Below the pieces are notes generated by a model that saw only the letters and a list, made by a program, of their open reading frames with translations, did no database searches and had not been told where the DNA came from. A stretch of 64,000 nt of DNA from Lysobacterales bacterium (GTDB lineage Bacteria > Pseudomonadota > Gammaproteobacteria > Xanthomonadales > SZUA-38). The translations under genes and the position numbers were made by a program. The DNA lies in NCBI GenBank assembly GCA_028285525.1, contig JANQOZ010000044.1, forward strand, positions 6,920 through 70,919, given 5' to 3'. The first letter of the stretch is position 1. Every line of letters starts with the position of its first letter. Shown here piece after piece: positions 38,479 through 47,832 of the stretch.

Positions 38479-39555
38479 TCAGGGCGCCTCGGGACAGATG
38501 CTGAGACGCTGCTGACCGCTCACGACAATCGCCGTATCGAGCGGGAGCTGATGCGGGGCAGGGCGGCCTTCTTCCGCGGCGGGCAGCGGAACAAAAGCGG
38601 GGCAGTCGTCCGCCTGGACGAACACCCCAAGCTGGCCGTTGCGGCGGACAACAAGATCCACCGGGATCAGAGCGCCGGCCACTTCCCAGGTGACGGTGCC
38701 GGTCGCGCCCGGGAGATCGGTGGGGCCGGCGAAGGCCAGCCGCGCCGGGCTGACCCGGGAGGCGGCGTCGATCGCGGGTACCGCGGAGATCAGTTCGAGC
38801 GGAAAGGTGCCGCGCTGGGTTTCCAGGGCGAAGGTGTCGGCGAGCCGCAGGGTGGCCTGGTCGCGCGCCGGAATGCTGGCAATGACGTGGGGTCGGGCCA
38901 GGTCGACGAGCGTCATGACCTGTTCGCCGGGGCTCAGACGCTGCCCGACCTGGGCGGTGCGCTGGGTCACGGTCGCGGCAAACGGCGCGGTCAGGCGGGT
39001 GTAGCCAAGCCGGCGGTTGGCGAGGTCCCGAGCGACCTTGAGCCGCTGCCGTTCGGCCTCCTGAATCTTGAGCTCGGTCTGGCGGTCGAGCAGGTCGTCC
39101 GCCGAGATAAACTCGCTGTCCCGCAAGCGATTCGCGCGTTCGAGGCGCACCTCAGCCTGCGTCACTCTGGCCGTTGCCGCCGCGAGCAGCGCTTCAGCCT
39201 GCGCAAGCTCCAGGCGCAGGTCCGTATCGTCGAGCTGCAGCAACAGGTCGCCCTTGGCCACCGTTGAGGCCACGTCCACCGGGATGGCCTGAACCACGCC
39301 GCTGACCTCCACCGACACGGCGCTTTGGTTGGGTGGGACCACTTCAGCGAGGGCTCGGAAGCTGGCGTTCACCGCGACTTCCGAAATCGGCCTGGTGACG
39401 ATGTCGAGCTGGGCGTGGGCGGGCAGGGTAAGCCAGCAGATCAGCAGCCACCCGCAGGCGCGCGACCATTTCAATGTTGATCTCCGAAGGGTCAGCGGAA
39501 TTAAGTCCCCTATGGTAGCGAATCGAGAAGAAAAACGGATGATGTTTGCGATCAA
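38479..39555 (-). CDS. RND efflux periplasmic adaptor (MFP) subunit (start uncertain)
   Basis: 358 aa from a TTG start. It has a signal-like segment WLLICWLTLPAHAQ, coiled-coil hairpin segments, and sits directly upstream of the RND gene. Confidence 0.85.
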   Translation of the reverse strand: MIANIIRFSSRFATIGDLIPLTLRRSTLKWSRACGWLLICWLTLPAHAQLDIVTRPISEVAVNASFRALAEVVPPNQSAVSVEVSGVVQAIPVDVASTVAKGDLLLQLDDTDLRLELAQAEALLAAATARVTQAEVRLERANRLRDSEFISADDLLDRQTELKIQEAERQRLKVARDLANRRLGYTRLTAPFAATVTQRTAQVGQRLSPGEQVMTLVDLARPHVIASIPARDQATLRLADTFALETQRGTFPLELISAVPAIDAASRVSPARLAFAGPTDLPGATGTVTWEVAGALIPVDLVVRRNGQLGVFVQADDCPAFVPLPAAEEGRPAPHQLPLDTAIVVSGQQRLSICPEAP

Positions 39556-39750
39556 TTTGCGCGCGAGGTTTCGCGTCTTGAGTTAAGCCGCTGCGGGACA
39601 GGCCCGATACCGGAAGAGGGAGCTCAAAATGTTGCGAAAATGCAACAAAATCAGCCTGGTCCGTTTTACGGTTAATTAACGGCGCTTAGGCTACAGTTTG
39701 TTTTGAGGCTCGCGACCCTCCCCCCTGCTTCCCCCTTTCTTCCGCGAGCC

Positions 39751-40221
39751 TCACCGACCCGCCTCCCCTCCGGAGGCGGGTTTTTTATTGGCAACTCTCG
39801 CTTTTTTGGGCTTTTGGACTTTTGCCTCAGCGCGTTCCAGCACCGTTAGCGCCCGGTTGACGACGCGGACCTCGTCATCGCTCAGCGAGCCGAGCCAGTC
39901 CGGCGCTGATCGCCCGTCGCGGCGGGCTGCCGCGGTGCTGCCCTCGCGCGTAACGATGACGTAAACCACCCGACGATCGCGCTTGTCGCGGGCGCGGCGC
40001 ACGAGCGCCTTACGCTCAAGGTTCAGCAGCATGCGGGAGATGGTTGCGGCGCTGACCTGCTGACGGTCCGCCAGCTGGCCCACGGTCTGCGGACCTTCCG
40101 TGTTGAGCTGGGTGAGCAGGATTTCCTGCGCGGGTGACAGCGCGGATTCGCTGCGACGAAGCAGCCGGTGCAGGCGTGTGACAACCGCCCGCAGCCGCTC
40201 CATGGCCAGCCGCTCGGTCAA
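39751..40221 (-). CDS. MarR-family transcriptional regulator
   Basis: 156 aa. The wHTH reads TVGQLADRQQVSAATISRMLLNLERKALVRRARDKRDRRVVYV. Confidence 0.85.
   Translation of the reverse strand: MTERLAMERLRAVVTRLHRLLRRSESALSPAQEILLTQLNTEGPQTVGQLADRQQVSAATISRMLLNLERKALVRRARDKRDRRVVYVIVTREGSTAAARRDGRSAPDWLGSLSDDEVRVVNRALTVLERAEAKVQKPKKARVANKKPASGGEAGR
39758..39789 (+). terminator. plus-strand rho-independent-terminator-like hairpin with T-run
   Basis: CCCGCCTCC (39758-39766) pairs with GGAGGCGGG (39772-39780) across a 5-nt loop, followed by TTTTTTATT (39781-39789). It lies inside the last codons of the minus-strand MarR ORF. Confidence 0.5.
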
Positions 40222-40240
40222 GTCCTGCGGCCCACCGGTG

Positions 40241-41089
40241 TCAGTCGGTGTTCAGTCGCATCGAGAGGTCGATCGCCCGGATGTTCTTGGTGAGGGCGCC
40301 CACCGAAACGAAGTCGACCCCGGTAGCCGCTATCTGTGCCAGCCGGTCAAACTCAATGCCGCCAGAGGCTTCCAGTTCCACTTTCCCAGCGGCCTGCTTG
40401 ACCGCTTCAGCGGTTTGCGCGAGGTTGAAGTTGTCCAGCAGGACGCGTTGGGCGCCGGCGCTGATCGCTTCGCTGAGCTGCTCCAGGTCCTCCACCTCAA
40501 CTTCGATGAGCTGGCTCTGGCCCAGCGACCGGGCGCGCGCAACGGCGGACGTGATGGATCCCGCCGCCGCAATATGGTTCTCCTTGATCAGGAACGCGTC
40601 GTACAGCCCCATCCGGTGGTTGACGCCGCCGCCGCAGGCCACAGCATATTTCTGCGCCAGCCGCAGGCCCGGCAGGGTCTTGCGGGTATCCAGCACGCGC
40701 GTTGGCCCACTGGACAACGCCTCGACGTAGCGGCGGGTGACCGTCGCCACCGCGGACAGCAGCTGCAGAAAGTTCAGCGCCGCCCGCTCGGCGCTGAGAA
40801 TCGATCGCGCGGCGCCTCGTACGCTGAACAGCTCGCTGCCGGCGGCAACCTTGTCCCCGTCCGCATAGTTCCAGCTCACCTTCAACGCCGCATCGATTTG
40901 GCGGAAGCAGGCGTTTGCCCAGTGTTTGCCGCACAGCACGCAATCCTCGCGAGTGATCACCCGACCGGTCGCCTGCGTGTTGCGGTCGATGAGCTGGGCC
41001 GTGATATCACCGGCATCCCCAAGGTCCTCCTTGAGGGCGCGCTTGACGTCAGCCAGTACTTCGAGCTCGGGGGGCGGCATATGACTCAT
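40241..41089 (-). CDS. nadC: nicotinate-nucleotide diphosphorylase (quinolinate phosphoribosyltransferase)
   Basis: 282 aa. Contains LDTRKTLPGLR, HRMGLYDAFLIKENH and VLLDNF. Confidence 0.92.
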   Translation of the reverse strand: MSHMPPPELEVLADVKRALKEDLGDAGDITAQLIDRNTQATGRVITREDCVLCGKHWANACFRQIDAALKVSWNYADGDKVAAGSELFSVRGAARSILSAERAALNFLQLLSAVATVTRRYVEALSSGPTRVLDTRKTLPGLRLAQKYAVACGGGVNHRMGLYDAFLIKENHIAAAGSITSAVARARSLGQSQLIEVEVEDLEQLSEAISAGAQRVLLDNFNLAQTAEAVKQAAGKVELEASGGIEFDRLAQIAATGVDFVSVGALTKNIRAIDLSMRLNTD

Positions 41090-43350
41090 GATTCGGTCTC
41101 CACTCGGGTTTCCTCGAGGCGCTGGGCGATGGCGTCGAGCGCCCGGTCGAACAGCGGAACGGTTTCCAGCGCGATCGCCTCACCGCTGGCCAGCTCCTGC
41201 GCCAGCTCGGCGACAGGCTTATCCGCCAGCTTGATACCCTTCTGGTCGACAAACAGATAGTTGCCGGTGATCGGGCTTTTCCACGACAGTTTGGCCCGCT
41301 GCTCGCCGCCGTCTTCCGTAATGAACTGGAACCAGGTGCCGGGTTCCAGCGACTCGACCTGGCTGCGCAGGGCCGCCTCAAGCTGCTCCAGCGGAACGGG
41401 TTCGGGCTCGCTGTCGAGATCGTCGAACACGCCATCGGACAGCTCCGCGGCGCCGGAAATCGGCAGCTGAACCGGCGCCACCGCGGCCGGCAGCGACATG
41501 GTAGAGGGCGTGGGCTCGTCCGCCGCCAGCTTGACCTTTTCGCGGAACTGCTTGTCCAGCATCGACTGGTACAGCTTCTTGAGACTCTTGAAGACGTCCT
41601 TCACGTCGTCTTCGTGATAGGCCACCATCTCGAGACCGGCTCGCAGCTGCGCTGACAGGCCCGGCAACAGCTTCTGCAGCTTGGACACTTCAGCGGCGTC
41701 ATCTTTCGGCGCCACGCTCCAAACCATCTGTTCGACGAAGCCCACCGCATCGGAAAACTGGGACGAGTCCTCACCGTGCCTCAGGCAGGTCAGCACCAAC
41801 ACGTTGGCCCAGGGTTTGTTCAGGATTTCCTCCACGATGCGCGGCAGCTCCTGGTCGGCCAGGCGCTCCTCGATCACTTTTGCGGCCGTGCGCCGGGCCT
41901 GCTGCAGGCGCTGCTTGCCCTCGGTGGCCTCCGTGGTCCGTTTCTCGGCGACCTGCGCCCGCTTTTGGAGTTTAGCGACGTAGCTGTTCAGCTCCTGGCG
42001 CAGCTCGTCAAACAGATCCAGGTCGTCATCGAAATCGTTGATGACCCGGTCGACAACGCCGGCCATAAAATCGTGCAGCCGATTGCCGCGGTCGGTTTCG
42101 GCGGCCCACCCCAGCGCCAGGTCGGCCAGCGTATCGAGTAGGCGACGCGCCGGATGGCCACGGCTGGCAAACAGCTGCCGGTCGATTAGCGCCACTTTGA
42201 TATAGGGAATCTGCAGGCGCGACAGCATGACCTGCATGGGCTGCGGGAGGTTTTCGTCGCTCAGGATGAAGTCGAACAGCATCGCCACCAGGTCGATGGT
42301 GTCCTCGTCGTCGCTGCTGGCCTGCGTACCGGTCCCATCGAGCCGGTCCATTTCGCTGAGCAGCATCGACTTCACGTCCGCCGAAGTGCTGACTTCCGGC
42401 GGCGCGGTGCTCTGCAGCACCGACAGCGCGTTGAGCAGCTGCTGCGTCTGAGCGATCGCGTTGGCGGAACCGGCGGTGGAGCCTGCCAGCTCGGGTGCCG
42501 GGTGGCGCTGTCGTCGCGCGGACAGCAGGCTGAGGATGGACTGCATGATCCGCTCGTCTTCCGCGTCCTCGCCCGTGATGTGGGTGTCGACGTAAGGTGC
42601 CTCTTCCAGTGCAGCCGGATCCTGATGGTCGGGCAGTGGCCCCTCGGCGGCGGCGGGCGTCGGACCGACTCCAGCCGGCGGGGGCGTACCTCGGCCCGTC
42701 GGCGGCAGCGAATGCTGAAGCTGCGGCATGACGCCGTCCTGGATAAAGCGCTCGTTGATCTGCTGATACAGTCCGTCGAGCTGCTCCAGCACCTGTCGAT
42801 CAAACAGCTTGTAAATGACCAGCAGGACGGGCAGCTCAACCTCAAACAGCGGGCCGGACTGGCGGAGCGCGCTGCAGATCGAAGCCGGCCCCAGCGGATT
42901 GCTTTCGTCATCGGGCGGCGTCCGGTTGAGCGCCTCGCCCAGGCGTTGAGCAAGCGCAAAGAGCGGCCGGGACAGGCGGTTTTCGCCCTTGGCAACCATT
43001 TCCGAGATGGCGAGGGATTCTTCCAACTCGGCTTCTTCGACCAAACTTAAAGACTCTTCGGAGACTTCCGGCGCGGGGGCTGACGCGCTGCCACCGTCTT
43101 TCTGGTACGTGATCAGGCTCGCGCGAAGGGACTTCAGAATCTCGTTTTCCACCGAGCTCCGGGTCTTGCGAACTTGCCGCATCCCGTCAAAGTAGTGGGT
43201 TTGCAGCGCGTTGCTGTCGGCTTTTTCCGCCATCTCAAAGAGCGCGTTGTCGACCGACTCGAACATGCCCTGCAGCAGCGAAACCATGCCGCGGAGAAAA
43301 ATCCGGGCGCATTGATGGTAGGGCGTGTCCTGGCGGGAACTCCGATTCAT
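41086..43350 (-). CDS. DUF1631-family protein
   Basis: 754 aa. The N-terminal MFESVDNALFEMAEKADSNALQTHYFDGMRQVRKTR matches the DUF1631 pattern. It overlaps the nadC start by 4 nt. Confidence 0.75.
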   Translation of the reverse strand: MNRSSRQDTPYHQCARIFLRGMVSLLQGMFESVDNALFEMAEKADSNALQTHYFDGMRQVRKTRSSVENEILKSLRASLITYQKDGGSASAPAPEVSEESLSLVEEAELEESLAISEMVAKGENRLSRPLFALAQRLGEALNRTPPDDESNPLGPASICSALRQSGPLFEVELPVLLVIYKLFDRQVLEQLDGLYQQINERFIQDGVMPQLQHSLPPTGRGTPPPAGVGPTPAAAEGPLPDHQDPAALEEAPYVDTHITGEDAEDERIMQSILSLLSARRQRHPAPELAGSTAGSANAIAQTQQLLNALSVLQSTAPPEVSTSADVKSMLLSEMDRLDGTGTQASSDDEDTIDLVAMLFDFILSDENLPQPMQVMLSRLQIPYIKVALIDRQLFASRGHPARRLLDTLADLALGWAAETDRGNRLHDFMAGVVDRVINDFDDDLDLFDELRQELNSYVAKLQKRAQVAEKRTTEATEGKQRLQQARRTAAKVIEERLADQELPRIVEEILNKPWANVLVLTCLRHGEDSSQFSDAVGFVEQMVWSVAPKDDAAEVSKLQKLLPGLSAQLRAGLEMVAYHEDDVKDVFKSLKKLYQSMLDKQFREKVKLAADEPTPSTMSLPAAVAPVQLPISGAAELSDGVFDDLDSEPEPVPLEQLEAALRSQVESLEPGTWFQFITEDGGEQRAKLSWKSPITGNYLFVDQKGIKLADKPVAELAQELASGEAIALETVPLFDRALDAIAQRLEETRVETES

Positions 43351-43366
43351 GGCGGACGCGCCAGCG

Positions 43367-43657
43367 TCAGTCCAGCTGGGTCAGCCCGATGCCGCGTTCC
43401 GGGAGCAGCTGCGGGATACCGTCGACAACACGGTAAACCACGTGGTTGTCCTCGGTGACGAGCGCCTGCTCAAGGGGTTCGAGGACGGTGCTGCCGTCCA
43501 CGTACTGTAGCGATCCTGCGGCGATCGCCGCATTGAGCTGGTCCAATACCGTCTGGCCCAGCGGCAGCAGCGCCGCTTTGCTGACGGGGCACGCCAGTAT
43601 CTCCAATAACTTGTTTTCCAGCGCCAATGTATGAATTCCCCCGCGAACTGCGTCCAT
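43367..43657 (-). CDS. Trm112/UPF0434-like small protein (Cys-poor variant)
   Basis: The 252-aa track ORF is over-extended across purE. An ATG at 43657 (or an in-frame TTG further downstream) gives ...LENKLLEILACPVSKAALLPL...VYRVVDGIPQLLPE. Confidence 0.6.
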   Translation of the reverse strand: MDAVRGGIHTLALENKLLEILACPVSKAALLPLGQTVLDQLNAAIAAGSLQYVDGSTVLEPLEQALVTEDNHVVYRVVDGIPQLLPERGIGLTQLD

Positions 43658-43690
43658 GTTGCTGTGCGCGTATCTTAGTACAATGGGGGG

Positions 43691-44206
43691 ATGGACACAC
43701 GAGTTGGGGTCATCATGGGCTCCCAGTCTGACTGGGAAACGCTCAAACACAGCGCCGAAACCCTGGAGGGTTTGGCGGTCGGGTTTGAGACCGCGGTGGT
43801 TTCGGCTCACCGCACGCCGGACCGGCTGTTTGAATACGCCCAGGACGCGGCGTCGCGCGGACTCAAGGTCATCATCGCTGGCGCGGGCGGCGCTGCTCAT
43901 CTGCCCGGCATGGTGGCTGCCAAGACCACCCTGCCGGTATTTGGCGTGCCGGTCCGGTCGGCTGCGCTCGGCGGCGTGGACTCGCTGCTGTCCATCGTCC
44001 AGATGCCGGCCGGCATTCCGGTGGGTACACTGGCCATCGGTCGCGCCGGGGCGGTCAACGCCGCACTGCTGGCGGCCGCGGTGCTGGCGCTGACGGACGA
44101 CGGGCTGCGCCAGCGGCTGGAACAATTTCGTTTAGATCAGACCGCGCGGGTGATGGAGCAACCCGATCCGTCCCGGGCAGCAAGCGGGGACGGCGCAAAG
44201 GAATAG
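43691..44206 (+). CDS. purE: 5-(carboxyamino)imidazole ribonucleotide mutase
   Basis: Contains [18 protein letters not shown] and [14 protein letters not shown]. Confidence 0.93.
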   Translation: MDTRVGVIMGSQSDWETLKHSAETLEGLAVGFETAVVSAHRTPDRLFEYAQDAASRGLKVIIAGAGGAAHLPGMVAAKTTLPVFGVPVRSAALGGVDSLLSIVQMPAGIPVGTLAIGRAGAVNAALLAAAVLALTDDGLRQRLEQFRLDQTARVMEQPDPSRAASGDGAKE

Positions 44207-44216
44207 GCGTTACGAC

Positions 44217-45338
44217 ATGAAAATTGGGGTTTTGGGGGGCGGCCAGCTGGGCCGCATGCTGGCGCTGGAGGGCGTCAGGCTGGGACAGGAATTCGTTTTC
44301 TTCGACCCGGCGCCGGACGCCTGTGCCGGTCAGCTCGGTCGGCATATTTGTGCCGACTACGACGACGAGGCCGCGCTCACCGAATTTGCCGAGGCGGTGG
44401 ATCTGATCACCCTGGATTTTGAGAACGTGCCGACGGCGGCCACCGACTTCCTGTCGGCATTCAAGCCGGTTCGGCCCGGTTCGCAGGCGCTGAGAATGGC
44501 TCAGGATCGGCTGACGGAAAAGACGTTCTTCTCCGATCTCCAGATCCCTTGCCCGCTCTTTTCGCCTGCCTCGGACTGGCAGCAGCTCCAAGCGAGCTGC
44601 CGGGAAATCGGCTATCCGTGCGTCATCAAGACCCGGCGCATGGGCTATGACGGCAAAGGGCAGGCGGTGGTCCACAACGACGATGAGCTCGCCAAGGCCT
44701 GGGAGACGCTCAAGGATAACGATCTGATCGTCGAGGCGTTTGTCGAGTTCAAGCGCGAGCTGTCGATCATCGGCGTCCGTTCCGTCAGCGGTTCGACCGC
44801 GTTCTATCCGTTGACCGAAAATCGCCACAAAAACGGCATCCTCATCACCAGCTTTGCGCCCGCCGTTGCTGATGACGTCAGGGACGAGGCGCAGCGTTAC
44901 GCGGGGAAAATATTGGATTCGCTGGAATACTGCGGCGTGCTTGCGCTGGAGCTCTTCGACATGGGCGGCAGGCTGATGGCCAACGAGATGGCGCCCAGGG
45001 TCCACAATTCCGGCCACTGGACGCTCGATGGTGCCGTCACCTCACAGTTCGAAAATCACCTGCGGGCCGTCATGGACTGGCCGCTGGGGTCCACCAACGC
45101 CATCGGCGCCACCGCGATGATGAACTGGATCGGCGCCATGCCCGATCCGGCCAACGCGCTCAGCTACCCCAACGCCCGCTGGCATGATTACGGCAAAAAG
45201 CCCCGCGCCGGCCGTAAGGTGGGGCACGTCAACATCTGCGCGGACAACATCCTGGCGCTCCAGGCGGAGCTGGGTAAGTTTGCGATGGCGCTGGGCGAGC
45301 AGCTCAAGAGCTCGGGCGCCGACGCGTTTCTTCGTTAG
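44217..45338 (+). CDS. purK: 5-(carboxyamino)imidazole ribonucleotide synthase
   Basis: 373 aa. The N-terminus is MKIGVLGGGQLGRML, with an ATP-grasp core, ANEMAPRVHNSGHWT, and purE directly upstream. Confidence 0.92.
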   Translation: MKIGVLGGGQLGRMLALEGVRLGQEFVFFDPAPDACAGQLGRHICADYDDEAALTEFAEAVDLITLDFENVPTAATDFLSAFKPVRPGSQALRMAQDRLTEKTFFSDLQIPCPLFSPASDWQQLQASCREIGYPCVIKTRRMGYDGKGQAVVHNDDELAKAWETLKDNDLIVEAFVEFKRELSIIGVRSVSGSTAFYPLTENRHKNGILITSFAPAVADDVRDEAQRYAGKILDSLEYCGVLALELFDMGGRLMANEMAPRVHNSGHWTLDGAVTSQFENHLRAVMDWPLGSTNAIGATAMMNWIGAMPDPANALSYPNARWHDYGKKPRAGRKVGHVNICADNILALQAELGKFAMALGEQLKSSGADAFLR

Positions 45339-46360
45339 TCTTTGTCGGCGGCCTCTGACGCCTGAGGTCGCAGGTCGACAAACACCTTGCCGAGATTGCT
45401 GCCGGCCAGCAGCCGATCTGCAGCGTCGGCGACTGACGCAAGCCCGGTAAACTTTTCGGCATCCAGCAGCGGCTTGAGCGTCCCTTGTCGAACCTCCCGG
45501 AACAGCCGCTCGCGCGCTGCCGGGAAATGTTCCGCAAAGCGGTAGTTCATGAAGCCCCGCACAGACGCCGCCTTCCAGTACAGCCGAGTATACACCCGCT
45601 CCTGGGTGACCCTGGCCGGCGGCAGCCGATCACTGCTCTGACCGTAGACCACCAGCCGACCGTGCGGCGCAAGCTGCTCAAGTATCGTGTCAAAGGTTTC
45701 TCCGGCCATCGAGTCCAGAGCCAGATCCAGCGCGTCGGGGTACTCGCTCTGCAGCACGTCTGCCAGCGACTCCCGGCGGTAGTTGATGACTCGAGCGGCG
45801 CCCTGCTGCGTCAGCCATGCCGCCTTGCGGTCGTCGCCGCAGACCGCCACCACGTGATTGCCGGCGTTGACCGCCAGCTGGGTCGCGATATTGCCAAAAC
45901 CGCCCGCCGCCGCGGTGATCAGGACCGTATCGCCAGATTTCATCTCGCCGGTGAGCTCAAGCGCCAGCAGTGCGGAGACGCCGCTGGGAATCAGGGCGAG
46001 AATTCTTGCTGTCGGTTCGGGAACAGCGATCAGCGCTGACTGGTCGCAACACTTGTACAGGCAATAGCCGCCGCCGATGCTGGCGACCGGGTCCCCAACC
46101 TGAAAGCCGCTGACCTCGCTGCCGACGGCGGTGATTGTGCCGATCGCTTCGACGCCCGCCGCCATAGGCGGCTTGACGTCCAGATGGTCGACGCGATTGG
46201 CGCAGAGCATCTGGTCGTAGATGGCGTTGACGCCGGCATAGTGGTGCCGGATCAGCACCTCACTGGGCCCTGGCTCGGGCACCGGCAGAGTTTTGATGCG
46301 GGTGCAGTCGCGAAAGGACTCGCCCAGCTGCTCGATAGTAATTTGCTGGTTATGCGCCAT
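45335..46360 (-). CDS. MDR-superfamily NAD(P)H quinone oxidoreductase-like protein
   Basis: 341 aa. Contains the GVNAIYD GroES-like region and the nucleotide loop LITAAAGGFGNIATQLA. Confidence 0.85.
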   Translation of the reverse strand: MAHNQQITIEQLGESFRDCTRIKTLPVPEPGPSEVLIRHHYAGVNAIYDQMLCANRVDHLDVKPPMAAGVEAIGTITAVGSEVSGFQVGDPVASIGGGYCLYKCCDQSALIAVPEPTARILALIPSGVSALLALELTGEMKSGDTVLITAAAGGFGNIATQLAVNAGNHVVAVCGDDRKAAWLTQQGAARVINYRRESLADVLQSEYPDALDLALDSMAGETFDTILEQLAPHGRLVVYGQSSDRLPPARVTQERVYTRLYWKAASVRGFMNYRFAEHFPAARERLFREVRQGTLKPLLDAEKFTGLASVADAADRLLAGSNLGKVFVDLRPQASEAADKD

Positions 46361-46409
46361 GGGGCGGCGGCTCGTGATTCGCGACGCTGGGTGGTTTTTG
46401 AGGCTGCCC

Positions 46410-47597
46410 TCAGGCGGCTCGCGCGGTGTGCCAGTGGTCGACGCAGTCAGCGACCACCGTAGCCAGCGTTTGGAGCTCCTCGTGGCTGATCACCAGGGGC
46501 GGGAGCAGTCGGATCACGCGGCCGCGGGTCACGTTGAGAAGCACGCCCAAATCCATCGCCATGGCTTTGATCTCCGGGCAGTCAGCGATCAGCTCGATGC
46601 CGACCATCAGACCCCGCCCACGGATCTCGCTGACCGCCGGGTGCCCAGCCAGGCGCTCTTGCAGCATGGCGTGGAACGCATCCCCATTGGCCGCCGCCTG
46701 CCCGGCGGTATCCTCACGCGCCATGATGTCCAGCACGGTAAGGCCAGCGCGACAGGCGAGCGGATTTCCGCCGAAGGTAGAACCATGGTTGCCGGGCTGA
46801 AACGCCTCCGCGACCTGTTCGGTGGCCAGGCAGGCACCGATCGGCACGCCGTTGCCGAGGGCTTTGGCGCACGTCAGGATATCGGGCTTCATGTCCTCAT
46901 GCTGGAAGGCGAACCAGCGGCCAGTCTTGCAGATCCCGGACTGGACTTCGTCTAGCACTAGCAGCACCTCATGGCGATCGCAAAGCTCGCGCAAGGATTT
47001 GAGGAAACCCAGCGCAGGGACGTTGATGCCGCCCTCACCCTGGATGGGTTCGAGCATGACGGCGCCGATGTTGGGATTCGCTTTGAGCGCCTGCTCAATC
47101 GCGTTGAGGTCGCCGAACTCAACGGGGACAAAGCCGCCAACGATCGGGCCGAAGCCCTCCTGGGATTTCAGGTTGTCGGTTGCGCTGATACAAGCGAGCG
47201 TCCGGCCGTGAAAGCTCCCCTTGGCCACCAGGATGTCGATGTTCTCACGTCCCCGGCGCCAGTGATAAAGGCGCGCGAGCTTCACGGCACACTCCATCGC
47301 CTCGGCGCCGGAGTTGGTGAAGAAGGCGCGTTCGAGACCGCTGATTTCCGCCAACCGATCGGCCAGCTGCTCCTGCAGAGGAATCCGCGGAATGTTGGAG
47401 GTGTGGATCAGTTTCCCGGCCTGGTCGGCGATGGCCTCAGCCAGCTCCGGGTGCCCGTGGCCCAGGCTGCAGACGCCAATACCTGAGATGGCGTCCAGAT
47501 ACTCCCGGCCGTCGTCTCCTGTCAGCCAGACACCGTGACCGCTGACAAATCCGACCGTCAGCCGTCCGTAAACATTCATGAGGTGATCCAGTGACAC
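46410..47597 (-). CDS. argD: class III aminotransferase, acetylornithine aminotransferase-like
   Basis: Contains FFTNSGAEAMECAVKLAR, LDEVQSGICKTGRWFAFQH and DILTCAKALGNG (PLP Lys). Confidence 0.85.
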   Translation of the reverse strand: MSLDHLMNVYGRLTVGFVSGHGVWLTGDDGREYLDAISGIGVCSLGHGHPELAEAIADQAGKLIHTSNIPRIPLQEQLADRLAEISGLERAFFTNSGAEAMECAVKLARLYHWRRGRENIDILVAKGSFHGRTLACISATDNLKSQEGFGPIVGGFVPVEFGDLNAIEQALKANPNIGAVMLEPIQGEGGINVPALGFLKSLRELCDRHEVLLVLDEVQSGICKTGRWFAFQHEDMKPDILTCAKALGNGVPIGACLATEQVAEAFQPGNHGSTFGGNPLACRAGLTVLDIMAREDTAGQAAANGDAFHAMLQERLAGHPAVSEIRGRGLMVGIELIADCPEIKAMAMDLGVLLNVTRGRVIRLLPPLVISHEELQTLATVVADCVDHWHTARAA

Positions 47598-47832
47598 GAG
47601 CGTTCCTGTTGCAAGCTAAACGACTATTTTGCGGCACGATGCCGGGCTGTGTCCACGGTCGAAAACCCCTGGTGGCAAGGCTTCCGGGAGGCTGACAGCG
47701 TGACGTTGCAGCCGTCAGAGGGCGTTGTTCTGGCACATTGTTTTACGGTCAGTTAACGAAGCATGTGCTTTAATTACCAATTCAACGACGGCTAATCAGC
47801 CGCCTTTGATACCGAATGAGGGAGGAAACTGC

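Noticed and set aside
36051-38504. 817-aa plus-strand ORF antisense to the RND permease gene
   Set aside because: It is Arg/Gly/Asp/His-rich and low-complexity, has no recognisable motif, and overlaps a confidently assigned AcrB-family gene entirely. Long stop-free antisense frames are expected in GC-rich coding DNA.
43658-44125. Extension of the Trm112-like ORF to 252 aa, overlapping purE on the opposite strand
   Set aside because: The extension is Arg/Gly-rich and featureless, and purE on the plus strand is unambiguous. I truncated the gene to the ATG at 43657.
45335-45338. Convergent purK and oxidoreductase genes overlapping at their stop codons (TTAG), leaving no room for terminators
   Set aside because: This is real, but it is a common compaction feature with no further implication that I can support.
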